64,000 nt of DNA, from assembly GCF_963921235.1 (NCBI RefSeq), contig NC_086108.1, forward strand, positions 111,788,001-111,852,000. The letters run 5' to 3'. The stretch's first letter is position 1. Each line of letters starts with the position of its first letter. Both the position numbers and the translations under genes were made by a program. The DNA is from Mobula hypostoma (Eukaryota). Shown here piece after piece: positions 51,901 to 60,235 of the stretch. The notes under the pieces are model-generated. The model saw nothing but the letters and a program-made list of their open reading frames with translations, ran no database searches and had not been told where the DNA came from.

Positions 51901-53161
51901 AATGGGCTGTTGATGGTGGTGGTGGAGGCGGATACGATAGGGTCTTTTAAGAGACTACTGGATGGCGACATGGAGCTTAGAAAAATAGAGGGCCATGGGT
52001 AAAGCCTAGGTAGTTCTAAGGTAGTGACATGTTCAGCACAGCTTGTGGGCCGAAGGGCCTGTATTGTGCTGTAGGTTTTCTATATTTCTAAAACTCAAAA
52101 AACTGTGTTGAAAAGGGACTTGGGAGTCCTCATGCAGGTTGAGTCGCTGAAGAAGGCAAATACAATATTAACATTAATTTCAAGTGCACTAGAATGTAAA
52201 AGCAAAGATATAATGCTGAGGCTTTATAAGGCACTGGTGAGACCTCACTTGGAGTATTGTGAGCAGTTCTGGGCCCCTTATTTAAGAAAGGACATGGAAA
52301 GTCTTCAGAAGAAGTTCACAAGATTGATTCCAGGAATGAAAGGCTTATTGTATGAGGAATGATTGATGACTGTGGCCTTTACACACTGGAATTTGGAAGA
52401 ATGAAGGGGGATCTCATTGAAATCTGTCAAATGCTGAAAGGCCTAGATAGAGTACATGTGGAGAGGATATTTCCTGTGCTGGGGGAGTCTAGGACCAGAG
52501 GGCACAGCCTCCGAAATAGAGGGATGCCAATTTATAATAGAGATGTGGAGGAATTTCTTTAGCCAGAGGGTGGTTAATCTGTGGAATTTGTTGCCACAGA
52601 CGGCTGTAGATGCAAGGTCATTAGATGTTGTTAAGGTGGAGGTTGACAGGTTTTTGATCAGTCAGGGCATGAAAAGTTACGGGGAGATGGCAGAGATTGG
52701 AGTTGAGAGAGAAATGGATCGGCCATGATGAAATGGTGGAGCAGACCGAATAACACAAAACCATTCCTCTGTCTTATGGAAACCGGTGCACCCAGAGGAA
52801 ACCCACGTGTACACAGGAAGATGCATAGAAACCTTCTTACCAAGGACACTGGAATTGAACTCCGAACACCGACGCCCTGAGCTGTAACAGCAGCGTGCTA
52901 ACTGCTACGCCACCGTGGCGCCCTACGCTGATCAGATTAACTGCCTGGGGGAAGAAACCTTTGAGTTGGCATCAAGTTTTTGAATGTTTTGTCATTGAAA
53001 TGGAATATAAAAGGCTTTAACAACACTCTGTTGTATTTTAGGCTTCCCCGGTTGTCGAGGCAAAGACAAAAGAACAAATTGAGGAAGAAATGAAGAAGGA
53101 ATATTCCATGTATCTAATTGAGGAGAAGAAAGCCATCTTTGCCCAACTTGGAAAGACCTGA
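3893..53161 (+). CDS. DNAI3: DNAI3/WDR63 dynein axonemal intermediate chain 3, 3' part; join(3893..3966,11000..11147,14172..14256,16328..16455,32040..32103,35359..35489,40871..41075,45140..45231,46420..46530,53042..53161); 5' exons lie upstream of the window
   Basis: Ten AG/GT-bounded exons splice in frame (74+148+85+128+64+131+205+92+111+120=1158 nt). The peptide is collinear with the vertebrate WDR63 C-terminus as I recall it: [111 protein letters not shown]. Confidence 0.95.
4030..4515. repeat. Probable non-LTR-derived interspersed repeat (RTE/Vingi-like UTR)
   Basis: ggcagagactgatacagtttggcacc...caaggcagcggaggtttga...gacgagcccca resembles a vertebrate repeat I recognise; family not certain. 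Confidence 0.35.
4520..5430. mobile_element. Inverted pair of Penelope 3' ends (minus 4520-4835, plus 5108-5430) with CR1 fragments between
   Basis: Tail gctggaaatccgaagcaacacacacaaa on the left and tgtgtgttgcttggatttccagc on the right; degenerate HHR motif at about 5296. Confidence 0.7.
5431..10117 (-). mobile_element. Decayed Ty3/Gypsy LTR retrotransposon with PNMA-like gag, CCHC knuckle and protease; most of pol deleted
   Basis: Homologous LTRs at 5431-6028 and about 9478-10117. The 3' LTR starts TGTAATGCCC at 6028 after a purine-rich PPT-like tract. Degenerate tRNA-Pro-like PBS (TGGGAACTCGTCTTCGATC) at about 9458-9476. Gag has [27 protein letters not shown] and [14 protein letters not shown]; protease [10 protein letters not shown] at about 7042-7071; many frameshifts. 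Confidence 0.9.
8155..8871 (-). mobile_element. Young CR1 LINE 3' fragment inserted in the Gypsy gag
   Basis: Open ORF2 C-terminus ([19 protein letters not shown]...[15 protein letters not shown]) and (TTTCTATG)n tail. Confidence 0.95.
10300..10797 (+). mobile_element. Old CR1 3' fragment
   Basis: Degenerate ORF2 C-terminus and 3' UTR. Confidence 0.65.
11000..11147 (+). CDS. DNAI3: DNAI3 exon ([11 protein letters not shown]...[17 protein letters not shown]), phase 2 to 0
   Basis: tctctgcAG acceptor and GTAAGG donor; lies within ORF 10974..11198; TG+C completes a Cys codon. Confidence 0.93.
11428..12003 (-). mobile_element. Young Rex1/Babar-type LINE 3' fragment
   Basis: [11 protein letters not shown]...HPLH...[13 protein letters not shown]; (TATGAC)n tail; a short second copy lies at about 39775-39985 (+). 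Confidence 0.85.
12140..13285 (+). mobile_element. Old CR1 RT/3' fragment
   Basis: [24 protein letters not shown]; stops and frameshifts. Confidence 0.85.
14172..14256 (+). CDS. DNAI3: DNAI3 exon ([28 protein letters not shown]), phase 0 to 1
   Basis: Pyrimidine tract plus cacAG acceptor and GTATGG donor; phase fits both neighbouring exons. Confidence 0.85.
14750..15205 (-). mobile_element. CR1 3' fragment
   Basis: ORF 14764..15162 [16 protein letters not shown]. Confidence 0.85.
16328..16455 (+). CDS. DNAI3: DNAI3 exon ([11 protein letters not shown]...[11 protein letters not shown]), phase 1 to 0
   Basis: ccctatAG acceptor and GTAAGT donor; ends in FIGTE like WDR63 FFVGTE. Confidence 0.88.
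16530..16925 (-). mobile_element. L2-type LINE 3' fragment
   Basis: [15 protein letters not shown]...[11 protein letters not shown]2-like 3' end gtaaagcaccttgaattacagtg. Confidence 0.65.
16945..17042 (-). mobile_element. Penelope tail with degenerate HHR motif, abutting the inverted exon copy
   Basis: Minus strand reads ctgatgggga-atcttggcctgaaacgttgact...cagcattttgtgtttgttgc. Confidence 0.75.
17063..17137 (-). pseudogene. Inverted pseudo-exon: copy of DNAI3 exon 14172..14256 with a 10-nt deletion
   Basis: The reverse complement aligns to the exon with 5 substitutions and loss of CTCGGATCGA; AG/GT sites and flanking intron are also copied (17044-17368 vs 13944-14276). Confidence 0.9.
17414..20380 (-). 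mobile_element. Long decayed CR1 LINE (APE endonuclease, RT, 3' UTR)
   Basis: [20 protein letters not shown]...MGDFN (19708-20013); [19 protein letters not shown]; 3' UTR at 17414. Confidence 0.9.
20873..21482 (-). mobile_element. Young CR1 3' fragment of a second subfamily
   Basis: Open ORF 20954..21514; (TTTCTATGG)n tail. Confidence 0.92.
21925..22860 (-). mobile_element. Old CR1 3' fragment
   Basis: Degenerate copy of the CR1 ORF2 C-terminus. Confidence 0.75.
23950..24480 (-). mobile_element. CR1 3' fragment nested in a Rex-type remnant (about 23500-24720)
   Basis: [21 protein letters not shown]; the flanking sequence encodes [16 protein letters not shown]. Confidence 0.75.
25846..26385 (-). 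mobile_element. Rex1/Babar LINE 3' fragment, same family as 55435-56997
   Basis: Closely matches 56450-56997; (AAAGTAT) tail. Confidence 0.85.
26988..28593 (-). mobile_element. hAT DNA transposon, internally deleted, with a ZMYM1-like/TTF zinc-finger transposase N-terminus
   Basis: Imperfect TIRs CAGGGCCGATTTAG and CAGGGCCCGAACTTTAG; 8-bp TSD GTGGGAAG (26980-26987 and 28594-28601); [16 protein letters not shown]...[20 protein letters not shown]. Confidence 0.9.
28255..28404 (+). mobile_element. Short Penelope 3' insertion within the hAT transposase
   Basis: 7-bp TSD CTGTCAA (28248-28254 and 28405-28411); HHR-like motif at 28307-28342. Confidence 0.85.
28950..30788 (+). mobile_element. Rex1/Babar-type LINE, 5'-truncated and frameshifted RT
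   Basis: [53 protein letters not shown]; (TGATTC)n tail. Confidence 0.92.
31432..31989 (-). mobile_element. Solo LTR (Gypsy-type), related to the 5431/9478 LTRs
   Basis: TGTAAC...TTACG termini (terminal CA mutated to CG); 4-bp TSD TATA; shares the gttagta...aaaagggcccatt...cagtc block with the Gypsy LTRs. Confidence 0.8.
32040..32103 (+). CDS. DNAI3: DNAI3 exon ([21 protein letters not shown]), phase 0 to 1
   Basis: tttttctccAG acceptor and GTAAGT donor; matches EGEVIYTDWKMEKD..TG. Confidence 0.92.
32660..33635 (+). mobile_element. Penelope 3' fragment with inverted tail at its 5' end
   Basis: GIY-YIG remnant ([21 protein letters not shown]); inverted tails at about 32665-32722 and 33570-33633. 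Confidence 0.82.
34220..34560 (-). mobile_element. CR1 3' fragment nested in a Rex-type remnant (33850-34630)
   Basis: [14 protein letters not shown]; the flank encodes [15 protein letters not shown]. Confidence 0.8.
35359..35489 (+). CDS. DNAI3: DNAI3 exon ([44 protein letters not shown]), phase 1 to 0
   Basis: gacAG acceptor and GTGAGT donor; WD40 repeat typical of dynein intermediate chains. Confidence 0.95.
35645..36890 (+). mobile_element. Stack of old CR1 fragments
   Basis: Several degenerate ORF2 C-terminal and RT pieces ([17 protein letters not shown]). Confidence 0.7.
36893..37952 (+). mobile_element. Young CR1 3' fragment with open 312-aa RT C-terminus, inserted in an older CR1
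   Basis: [11 protein letters not shown]...KFADDTKL...; (TTTCTATG)n tail; near-identical to the 8155, 43184 and 63769 copies. Confidence 0.95.
38103..38618. mobile_element. PIF/Harbinger MITE
   Basis: Perfect 20-bp TIRs AGGCTGATTTATACTTGTGC; 3-bp TSD TTA on the right (left copy TCA); splits the CR1 sequence gac-tta-ggagtcctc. Confidence 0.85.
38622..39325 (+). mobile_element. CR1 3' part, continuation of the element split by the MITE
   Basis: [20 protein letters not shown]; 3' UTR. Confidence 0.85.
40871..41075 (+). CDS. DNAI3: DNAI3 exon ([68 protein letters not shown]), phase 0 to 1
   Basis: cacAG acceptor and GTGAGT donor. I translated it by hand because this frame is not in the ORF track. 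Strong WDR63 motif. Confidence 0.95.
41540..42512 (+). mobile_element. Penelope 3' fragment interrupted by a tRNA-SINE
   Basis: [12 protein letters not shown]; degenerate HHR motif at about 42378; tail. Confidence 0.8.
41786..42025 (+). mobile_element. tRNA-derived SINE with (CTT/CCT)n tail
   Basis: A-box TGGCGTAGAGG at about 41796 and B-box GTTTGAATCC at 41841-41850; CpG-rich; CCCAT duplicated on the flanks. Confidence 0.75.
43184..43838 (-). mobile_element. Young CR1 3' fragment
   Basis: Open ORF 43282..43833; tail; ATTAT at both junctions. Confidence 0.93.
44155..45130 (+). mobile_element. Two tandem Penelope 3' ends (HHR motifs at about 44640 and 44991)
   Basis: [24 protein letters not shown]; two tails; the second ends about 9 nt before the DNAI3 acceptor. 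Confidence 0.8.
45140..45231 (+). CDS. DNAI3: DNAI3 exon ([31 protein letters not shown]), phase 1 to 0
   Basis: caacAG acceptor and GTGAGG donor; GTLHILE.PW motif. Confidence 0.94.
45576..45988 (+). mobile_element. Bipartite RTE-derived non-autonomous retroelement (5' UTR joined to 3' end)
   Basis: RTE/Expander-like 5' UTR cttgtc...ggcttgcgtg..tcaatga...tggtagggg; 3' end encodes WRTFVAAL with a gtaagtaa tail; 11-bp TSD with 1 mismatch (TTGGGAAGGAA / TTGGGAGGGAA). Confidence 0.65.
46420..46530 (+). CDS. DNAI3: DNAI3 exon ([37 protein letters not shown]), phase 0 to 0
   Basis: ttttgcAG acceptor and GTGAGT donor; YFE.EVK.L.Y motif. Confidence 0.92.
46733..46932. repeat. G-rich imperfect tandem repeat (unit about 78 bp, about 2.5 copies) in a Penelope-like UTR
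   Basis: gtgatgggtgg.tc.aggtgaggaggg(g)tgat.g.cagatggagga... repeated. Confidence 0.6.
46935..48378 (-). mobile_element. Old CR1 3' half
   Basis: Degenerate ORF2 C-terminus/RT, homologous to 17414-18650. Confidence 0.75.
47862..47962 (+). mobile_element. About 100-bp Penelope mini-insertion beginning at the HHR motif
   Basis: gtcCTGACGAagggtctcagcccGAAAcgTC; 10-bp TSD with 1 mismatch, TTCAATGACC / TTCAATGGCC (47852-47861 and 47963-47972). Confidence 0.8.
48458..52750 (+). mobile_element. Long decayed CR1 (endonuclease to 3' UTR), interrupted by a hAT element and a younger CR1 (about 51262-52090)
   Basis: Endonuclease remnant near 48500-48680; [27 protein letters not shown]; resumes after the TSD at 51145. 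Confidence 0.85.
50037..51144 (-). mobile_element. Non-autonomous hAT (Buster/Charlie) element, copy 1, with internal CR1 3' cargo
   Basis: TIRs CAGGGGTCCCCAAC and CAGCGGTCCCCAAC; 8-bp TSD GATTAGGA (NNNTANNN); dimerization-domain remnant [41 protein letters not shown]. Confidence 0.93.
53042..53161 (+). CDS. DNAI3: DNAI3 terminal coding exon ([39 protein letters not shown])
   Basis: tattttAG acceptor, TGA TAA tandem stops; resembles the WDR63 C-terminal KSKEQMQAELKMDYESYLELEK..L..LG. Confidence 0.88.
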   Translation, partial: ASPVVEAKTKEQIEEEMKKEYSMYLIEEKKAIFAQLGKT

Positions 53162-53187
53162 TAATCTTTGAACCTCTATATTTTGTG

Positions 53188-53200
53188 ATTAAAAAATAAA
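53188..53200 (+). terminator. DNAI3 polyadenylation signals ATTAAA (53188-53193) and AATAAA (53195-53200)
   Basis: About 30 nt after the stop codon, implying a very short 3' UTR. Confidence 0.65.
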
Positions 53201-55434
53201 ATTTGGTAATGTTGGATCTAGGTACTTAAGAAACCTCAGCAACTGAGTCCACCTGTTATCAGCATCGACAGACCTGTGCATTTATAGACTCATAGACCTA
53301 TATTTGACTTCCCATAGAGCCCTTAGAGAGACCGCGTGTACACGAGTAGACCATAAGATGCAGGAGCAAAATTAGACCATTTAGTCCATCATTTCCACCA
53401 TTTCATCACGCCCGATCCATTTTCCCTCCCAGCCCCAATCTCCTGCCTTCTCCCTGTATCTCTTCACACCCTGACCAGTCAAGAATGTTTCAACCTTTGC
53501 CTTAAATATACTCCAAAGACTTGGCCTCCACAGCCACCTGTGGCAATGAATTCCATAGATTCACCACTCTCTGGCTAAAGAAATACCTCCTCGTCTCCGC
53601 AGACTCATAGACAAAGTTCAAAGCAAATTTATTATTGAAAAATACAACTTGGTAAGATAAAAGACTGTTGGTTCTAGGTATGTAAGAAACCTCAGCAAAT
53701 GAGTCACCATACACAGCCCTGAGATTCATCTTAATATGGACATTCACAGCAAATACAAAGAAACAATAGAATCAATGGAAGATCACACCCAACGGGATGG
53801 ACAGACAACCAATGTGCAAAAGACAACAAACTCTAAATACAAAAAGAGAAAAAATATTAAGAAGATGGCACAGTGAACAACAGAACCAAGGGCAACATCC
53901 TCCAGATGTTTCATGAAATTACTTTTCACTTCTTTTATGTCTTTCCCTTTCAAATACGGTTCTGTTACTGTTGGATCATGTGCATTTTGCTAGTGTGTTT
54001 TTGGGCTGATTGAGCAATCTGGGGCTCTGCTGTCTCTGAGGGTCTTCCGTTCGGCTTCGAGCAAAGTGTGCAACCTCGAGGCCAAGAAACCTGAAAATGG
54101 GCACCAGCCAAAGATTGACTACACTTCTCACCAATCTCATCTGTTAGAGTGCCAAGGAAGATTGAAATCATCAAGCCTACTGTGGACAGTGAGTGGGTGT
54201 TCAGCACCATCTACCAGTCTCCCACTTGCTGCTGCCAGGGGAAGGTGTCTGATGTGATGGTGTCTCTCTCTCTCCTCTCGCTCACTACTCCCAACAGACT
54301 GTCCCTGCGTGTTCAAATGGTCACTTTCTCTCTCTCTCGCTCTCTCTCTCTCCCCTCCCCCTCCCCCTCTCTCTCTATCTCTGCCCCCCCCCCCCCGAGT
54401 CAGAGGATGATGCCAGAGTACTGGGTCTTGGGCAAGGTTTAATTGACGCGGTTTGTGGACTGGACTCTGTCGTTCATGTTATAATATGTTCCTGGTTTCT
54501 GGTTACTCCTTTTTTTGTTGCTGTTTTGGGTGATTTTGAATTGGGGCAGTTCGCTATAATGAACACTGAGCTGAACTCTTTCTATCTTGTGTTTTTATAT
54601 CCTGTATTTTTTGCTCAATTTTTGTTGCTGTTGATGTAGTTTGCTTTTTTTTTGCACATGGGGGAGTGGTTGTGATTTTCTTTGAGCAGATTTCATAGTT
54701 TTCTTTGTTTCATGGCTGTCTGTGGGAAAAGGGAATCTCAGGGTTGTATACTGCATGCATACTTTGATAATAAATATACTTTGAATATTGGATAAGCAAT
54801 AAATATTAAGAACACGAGGGGAAAAGATCTTGAAAGTGTCCATAGAGTCATCAACCACTACAGCATAGAAACCACCCCCTTGGCCCATCTAGTCCAAGCC
54901 AAATTGCTCAATCCCATCAAACCGCACCTGGATCGTGGCCCTCCGTCCCCCTCCCATCCAGGTGCTTATCTGCTCAGAGGAAATCCGTGAGTGAAGGAGG
55001 AGGGAGTGGTATGTTAAAGACAAACTACCTTTCTCAAGTTCAGTGTTTCACTGACGGGACTTTCACAGAAGACAGGACAATACAGCACAGTACAGGCTTT
55101 TCAGCTCACAATGTTGTGCCAGCCTTTTAACCTGCTCCAAGATCGATCTGACCCATCCCTCCCACATAGCCTTCCTTTTTTTTCATTCATTTGTCTAAGA
55201 GTTTCTTAGATGTCTCTGATGTACAGTATCTGCTTCTACCACCACCCCGGGTCCCACCCTGACTCTATTTCTCCTCCTGTTCCTCATGTATGTGTACAGC
55301 ACCTTGGGGTTTTCCTTAATCCCACTTGCCAAGGCCTTCTTATGCCCCCTTCAAACTCTCCTAAATTCTTTCTTAAGCTCCTTCCTGGCTTCCTTGTAAC
55401 ACTCTAGACCCCGTCTGATCCTTGCTTCCTAAAG

Positions 55435-56997
55435 ATGGTGTCCCGGGACGGGTTCTCCGGGCCTGTGCAAGCGAGCTAGCTGGAGTGTTTGCTGACATCT
55501 TCAACTGCTCCTTGCTTCAGTCTAAGATCCCCTCGTGTTTTAAGAAGGCAATGATAATCCAGGTGCCGAAGAAGAGCCAGGTGGCATGCCTGAATGACTA
55601 TCGACCTGTGGCTCTGACATCAATTGCTATGAAGTGCTTCGAGAGATTGGCTATGGCACACATCAACCACAGCCTACCGGTCAACCTCGACGCTTTGCAA
55701 TTCGCCTACCGGAGCAACAGGTCAACGGCAGATGCCATCTCTCTGGCCCTACGTTCCTCCTTAGAACACCTGGAGAATAAAGACGCATACGTAAGCCTCC
55801 TTTTCATTGACTACAGCTCTGCCTTTAATACCATCATTCCAAATAAACTGATTCCTAAGCTCTGGAACCTGGGCCTTAGCACTCAGATCTGCAGCTGGAT
55901 CTTCAACTTCCTCACAGACAGGACCCAGGCTGTAAAAATAGGGGACAAGCTCTCCTCTACAATCACTCTGAGTACCGGTGCCCCACAAGGCTGTGTACTC
56001 AGCCCCCGCTGTACTCACTGTACACCCATGATTGTGTAGCCAAGTTTCCATCGAACTCTATATATAAGTTTGCTGACACAACAATTGTAGGCCGTATCTC
56101 GGGTAATGATGAGTTTGAGTACAGAGAGGAAATTAAGAACCTGGTGGCATGGTGCGAAGACAATAACCTATCCCTCAACGTCAGCAAGATGAAGGAATTG
56201 GTTGTTGACTTCAGAAGGAGTAGCGGACCGCACGACCCAATTTATATCGGTGGTGTGCAAGTGGAACAGGTCAAAAGCTTTAAGTTCCTCGGGGTCAATA
56301 TCACAAATGACCTGACTTGGTCCAACCAAGCAGAGTTCACTGCCAAGAAGGCCCACCAGCACCTTTACTTCCAGAGAAAACTAAAGAAATTTGGCCTGTC
56401 TCCTAAAACCCTCACTAATTTTTATAGATGCACCGTAGAAAGCCTTCTTCTAGAGTGCATCACAACCTGGTATGGAAGTTGTCCTGTCCAAGACCGAAAG
56501 AAACTGCAGAAGATTGTGAACACAGCCCAGCACATCACACAAACCAATCTTCCATCCTTGGACTCACTTTACACCACACTCTGTCGGAGCAGTGCTGCCA
56601 GGATAATCAAGGACACGACCCACCCAGCCAACACACTTTTTGTCCCTCTTCTCTCCGAGAGAAGGCTCAGGAGCTTGAAGACTTGTACGACCAGATTTGG
56701 GAACAGCTTCTTTCCAACTGTGATAAGACTACTGAACGGATCCTGACCCGGATCTGGGCCGTACCCTCCATATATCTGGACTTGACTCTCAGTTTTTTTG
56801 CACTGCCTTGCTTTCCATTTTTCTATTTTCTATTTATGATGTATAATTAAAATTTTTCTATTTACTAATTTTTACTATTTTTAATATCTTTAATATTTAA
56901 TATTTGTAATCCAGGGAGCAGGAAGCGCAGAATCAAATATCGCTGTGATGATTGTACGTTCTAGTATCAATTATCTGGCGACAATAAAGTATAAAGT
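55435..56997 (+). mobile_element. Rex1/Babar LINE, 5'-truncated, RT with frameshifts
   Basis: [34 protein letters not shown]; (AAAGTAT)n tail; TAAA at both junctions inside a CR1 remnant. Confidence 0.93.
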
Positions 56998-59710
56998 AAA
57001 CCTTAAGTAACCTTCTTTCTTCCTCTTGACTAGATGTTCCACGTCTGTTGTCAACCATGGTTCCTTCACCCTACCATCCTTTCCCTGCCTCAATGGGGAA
57101 AAGCCTTTCCAGAACCCCCATGAACAACCTCCACATTTCCACTGTGCATTTCCCTGAATACATTTATGCTTCCAAATTCCTGCCTAATAGCATCAGGATT
57201 CACCCTCCCCCAAATTGAATCATTTTCCATGTCGTCGGCTCCTGTCCCTCTCCAAGGCCCACAGAGTTGTACCAAACTAATTAAACAAATAAGTAAACTA
57301 ATTGCTCTGCCTACACAATATCCCTATCCCTCCATTCTCTGTATTCCATGTACCTGTCCTGAACACCTGTATCTTTTCTGTCTTTACCATCACTCCATGC
57401 AGTGCATTCCAGAGACCCATCACTCTCCATGTAAAATAAACTTGCCCCCTCACATCCCCCTTGAAATTACCCTCTCTCGCCATAACTGCATACCCTCTGG
57501 TATTAGACATTCCAACCTGAGCTAAAAACTCCGTCTATTGTATTTCTGGATCTTAATAATCTTATAAACTGCTAACAAGTCTCCCGTCAGCCTCTGATGC
57601 TCCAGAGAAAGCAACCCAACTTTGTTCAAGAAGGATCTCGGCCCGAAACATAGACTGTTTATTATTGTCCGTGGATGCTGCTTGACCTGCTGAGTTCCTC
57701 CAGCATTTTGTGTGTGTTGCTCTGGATTTCCAGCATCTGCAGATTTTCCTGTGTTTATGATATTTTGTTTGTCTGAACTCTCCTTACGGTAGATAGCATC
57801 TAATCCAAGCGGCATTATCTGCACCCTCTCCACCCTTTCAAACCGTGTGAGGAAGCGGGATGCATGGCAGACTTCTCACCAGTGGATCAGATATTTATCA
57901 AGCTGCAGTGAAAAATCTTTTCACAAACGAGAAAATCTGCAGATGCTGGAAATCCCAGCAACGCACACAAAACGCTGGAGGCCAGGCAGCATCTATGGAG
58001 AAGAGTACAGAGTTCGGGCTGAAATTCTGTGAATCTTTTGTTTAGTAGAACATAGAACAGTACAACACTGTACAGGCCCTTCAGCCCACAATATTGTGCT
58101 GACCTATATAAACCTACTCCATTGTCAACCTAACCCTTCACTCTTAACCCTCCATTTTTATTTCATCCATGGACCACAAGGGTTCCGGACCTTTTCTTTT
58201 ACCATGAACTGAGAGGTCCATGTGTCCCAGGCTGGGAGCCCTTGATGTGCCATCTATACAAATCGTTTCATCCTTCAGCTTGGGGGTATTAACTCTCAAA
58301 CCTTTCTATCCGCTGACAGACCGGAGGATGAAGAAGGGACAATGTCCAGGATGGGTCACGTCTTTCATCATGTTGGCTGCTTTCACAAGGCAAAGGGAAG
58401 TGAGATGGAGTCCGTGGAGGAGAGGCCATTATGTCCAGTTAGACTGGGCTGTGGCCACAACTCTCAGCAAGTTCTTGGATACCAGAGATTTTTATTTATT
58501 TAGAGATACAGCTTGGAACAGGCCCTTCTGGCCTAACAGGCCACACTGCCTGGCAACCCACCGATTTAATCACGGCCTAATCACAGACCATTTACTGTGA
58601 CCAATTACCTACTAACCCAGCGGTCCCCAACCACCGGGCCGCGAGGAAGCGATATGATTGGTCAGCTGCACCTTTCCTCTTGTCACGCCACTGATCAGCC
58701 ATTACGCATGCGAGGTCATGACCCGCGCGTCATCCCTGTCAGGGCGGGAAGGTGATCAACTCCTCGAGCTTGCAAATGTCGATGGGCTGAAAAGTATGTT
58801 TGACATAACATCTCTGTCGGCATTTTGGATCAAAGTCAAGGCTAAATATCCTGAGATAGCCACGAAAGCACTCAAAACGTTGCTTTCATTCCCAACATTT
58901 TTCTGCAATGAATGCAACGGAAACTAAACTGCGGAATAGACTGGACATCAGGAACCCCTTCGAGTATCGCTGTCTCCCGTCACCCCTCGATAGGACCGTC
59001 TTGTTGCAGGGAAACAAGCCCAGGGCTCCCACTGATTCAGCGATATTGGTGTGTTGCAATGATTTTATATGTTCATACAAGGAAAATATGTGCTGTGCGT
59101 TTAATATCCAAACGTTACTTAAAATGTTATGATACTATTGACTTATAAGTGACCTATATAACCATATAACAATTACAGCACAGAAACAGGCCATCGCGGC
59201 CCTTCTAGTCCGTGCCGAACGCTACTCTCACCTAGTCCCACCGACCTGCACTCAGCCCATACCCCTCCATTCCTTTCCTGCCCAGATACCTGTCCAATAT
59301 TTCTTTAAATGATCATATCGAACCTGCTTCTGCCACTTCTACTGGAAGTTCGTTCAACACTTCACGCTCCCCTGATAATTGACTTACCATTATATCCATG
59401 CGAGGAAAAGATGCGCTGTGTGTTTAATATTAAATTCGTTAGATAAACCCGTTTAGAAACAAAATTGAGTGTATTACCCACTAATCACCTATATTCCGGT
59501 AGTGATTAACACCCCACCCCCCCCGAACAGAATCGCAAAAAATGATTCGCTTGGTGGGGGAAGGAATCGGCTGGTCACGACACGCATGCGCATTGGTACC
59601 CGCGCAAGGCTTAATGGTCATTGTAGTCTTTCTTAAACAACGCATTTGACTGCTACACACATAAAAGTTGCTGGTGAACGAGGCCAGGCAGCATCTCTAA
59701 GATGAGGTAC

Positions 59711-59746
59711 AGTCGACGTTTCAGGCCGAGACCCTTCGTCAGGACT
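59711..59746 (-). ncRNA. Minimal hammerhead ribozyme motif
   Basis: AGTCCTGACGAAGGGTCTCGGCCTGAAACGTCGACT on the minus strand. Confidence 0.7.
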
Positions 59747-60139
59747 AACTGTAGGAAGAGTGAGTAAGGGATTTGAAAGTGAGAGGGAGAGGGGGAGGGG
59801 GAGATCCAAAATGATAGGAGAAGACAGGAGAGGGAGGGATGGAGCCAAGAGCTGGACAGGTGATAGGCAAAAGGGGATATATGAGAGGATCATGGGACAG
59901 GAGGTCTGGGAAGAAAGACAAGGGGGGGTGACCCAGAGGATGGGCAAGGGGTATATTCAGAGGGACAGAGGGAGAAAAAGGAGAGTGAGAGAAAGAATGT
60001 GTATAAAAATAAGTAACAGATGGGGTACGAGGGGGAGGTGGGGCATTAGCGGAAGTTAGACAAGTCGATTTTCATGGCAACACACATCAAAGTTGCTGGT
60101 GAACGCAGCAGGCCAAGCAGCATCTATAGGAAGAGGCGC

Positions 60140-60175
60140 AGTCGACGTTTCAGGCCAAGACCCTTCGTCAGGACT
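60140..60175 (-). ncRNA. Minimal hammerhead ribozyme motif
   Basis: Reverse complement of the 60200 motif with one loop change. Confidence 0.7.
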
Positions 60176-60199
60176 AACTGAAGGAAGACTCCTTCAGTT

Positions 60200-60235
60200 A
60201 GTCCTGACGAAGGGTCTCGGCCTGAAACGTCGACT
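60200..60235 (+). ncRNA. Minimal type I hammerhead ribozyme motif (Penelope-type)
   Basis: AGTC-CTGACGA-A-GGGT CTCG GCCT-GAAA-CG-TC-GACT: stem I AGTC/GACT, both core boxes, palindromic ACGT in place of stem III. Confidence 0.7.

Noticed and set aside
54325..54396. CT/C-rich tract, and the (TA)n(TG)n run at 2258-2284
   Set aside because: Ordinary microsatellites inside repeats.
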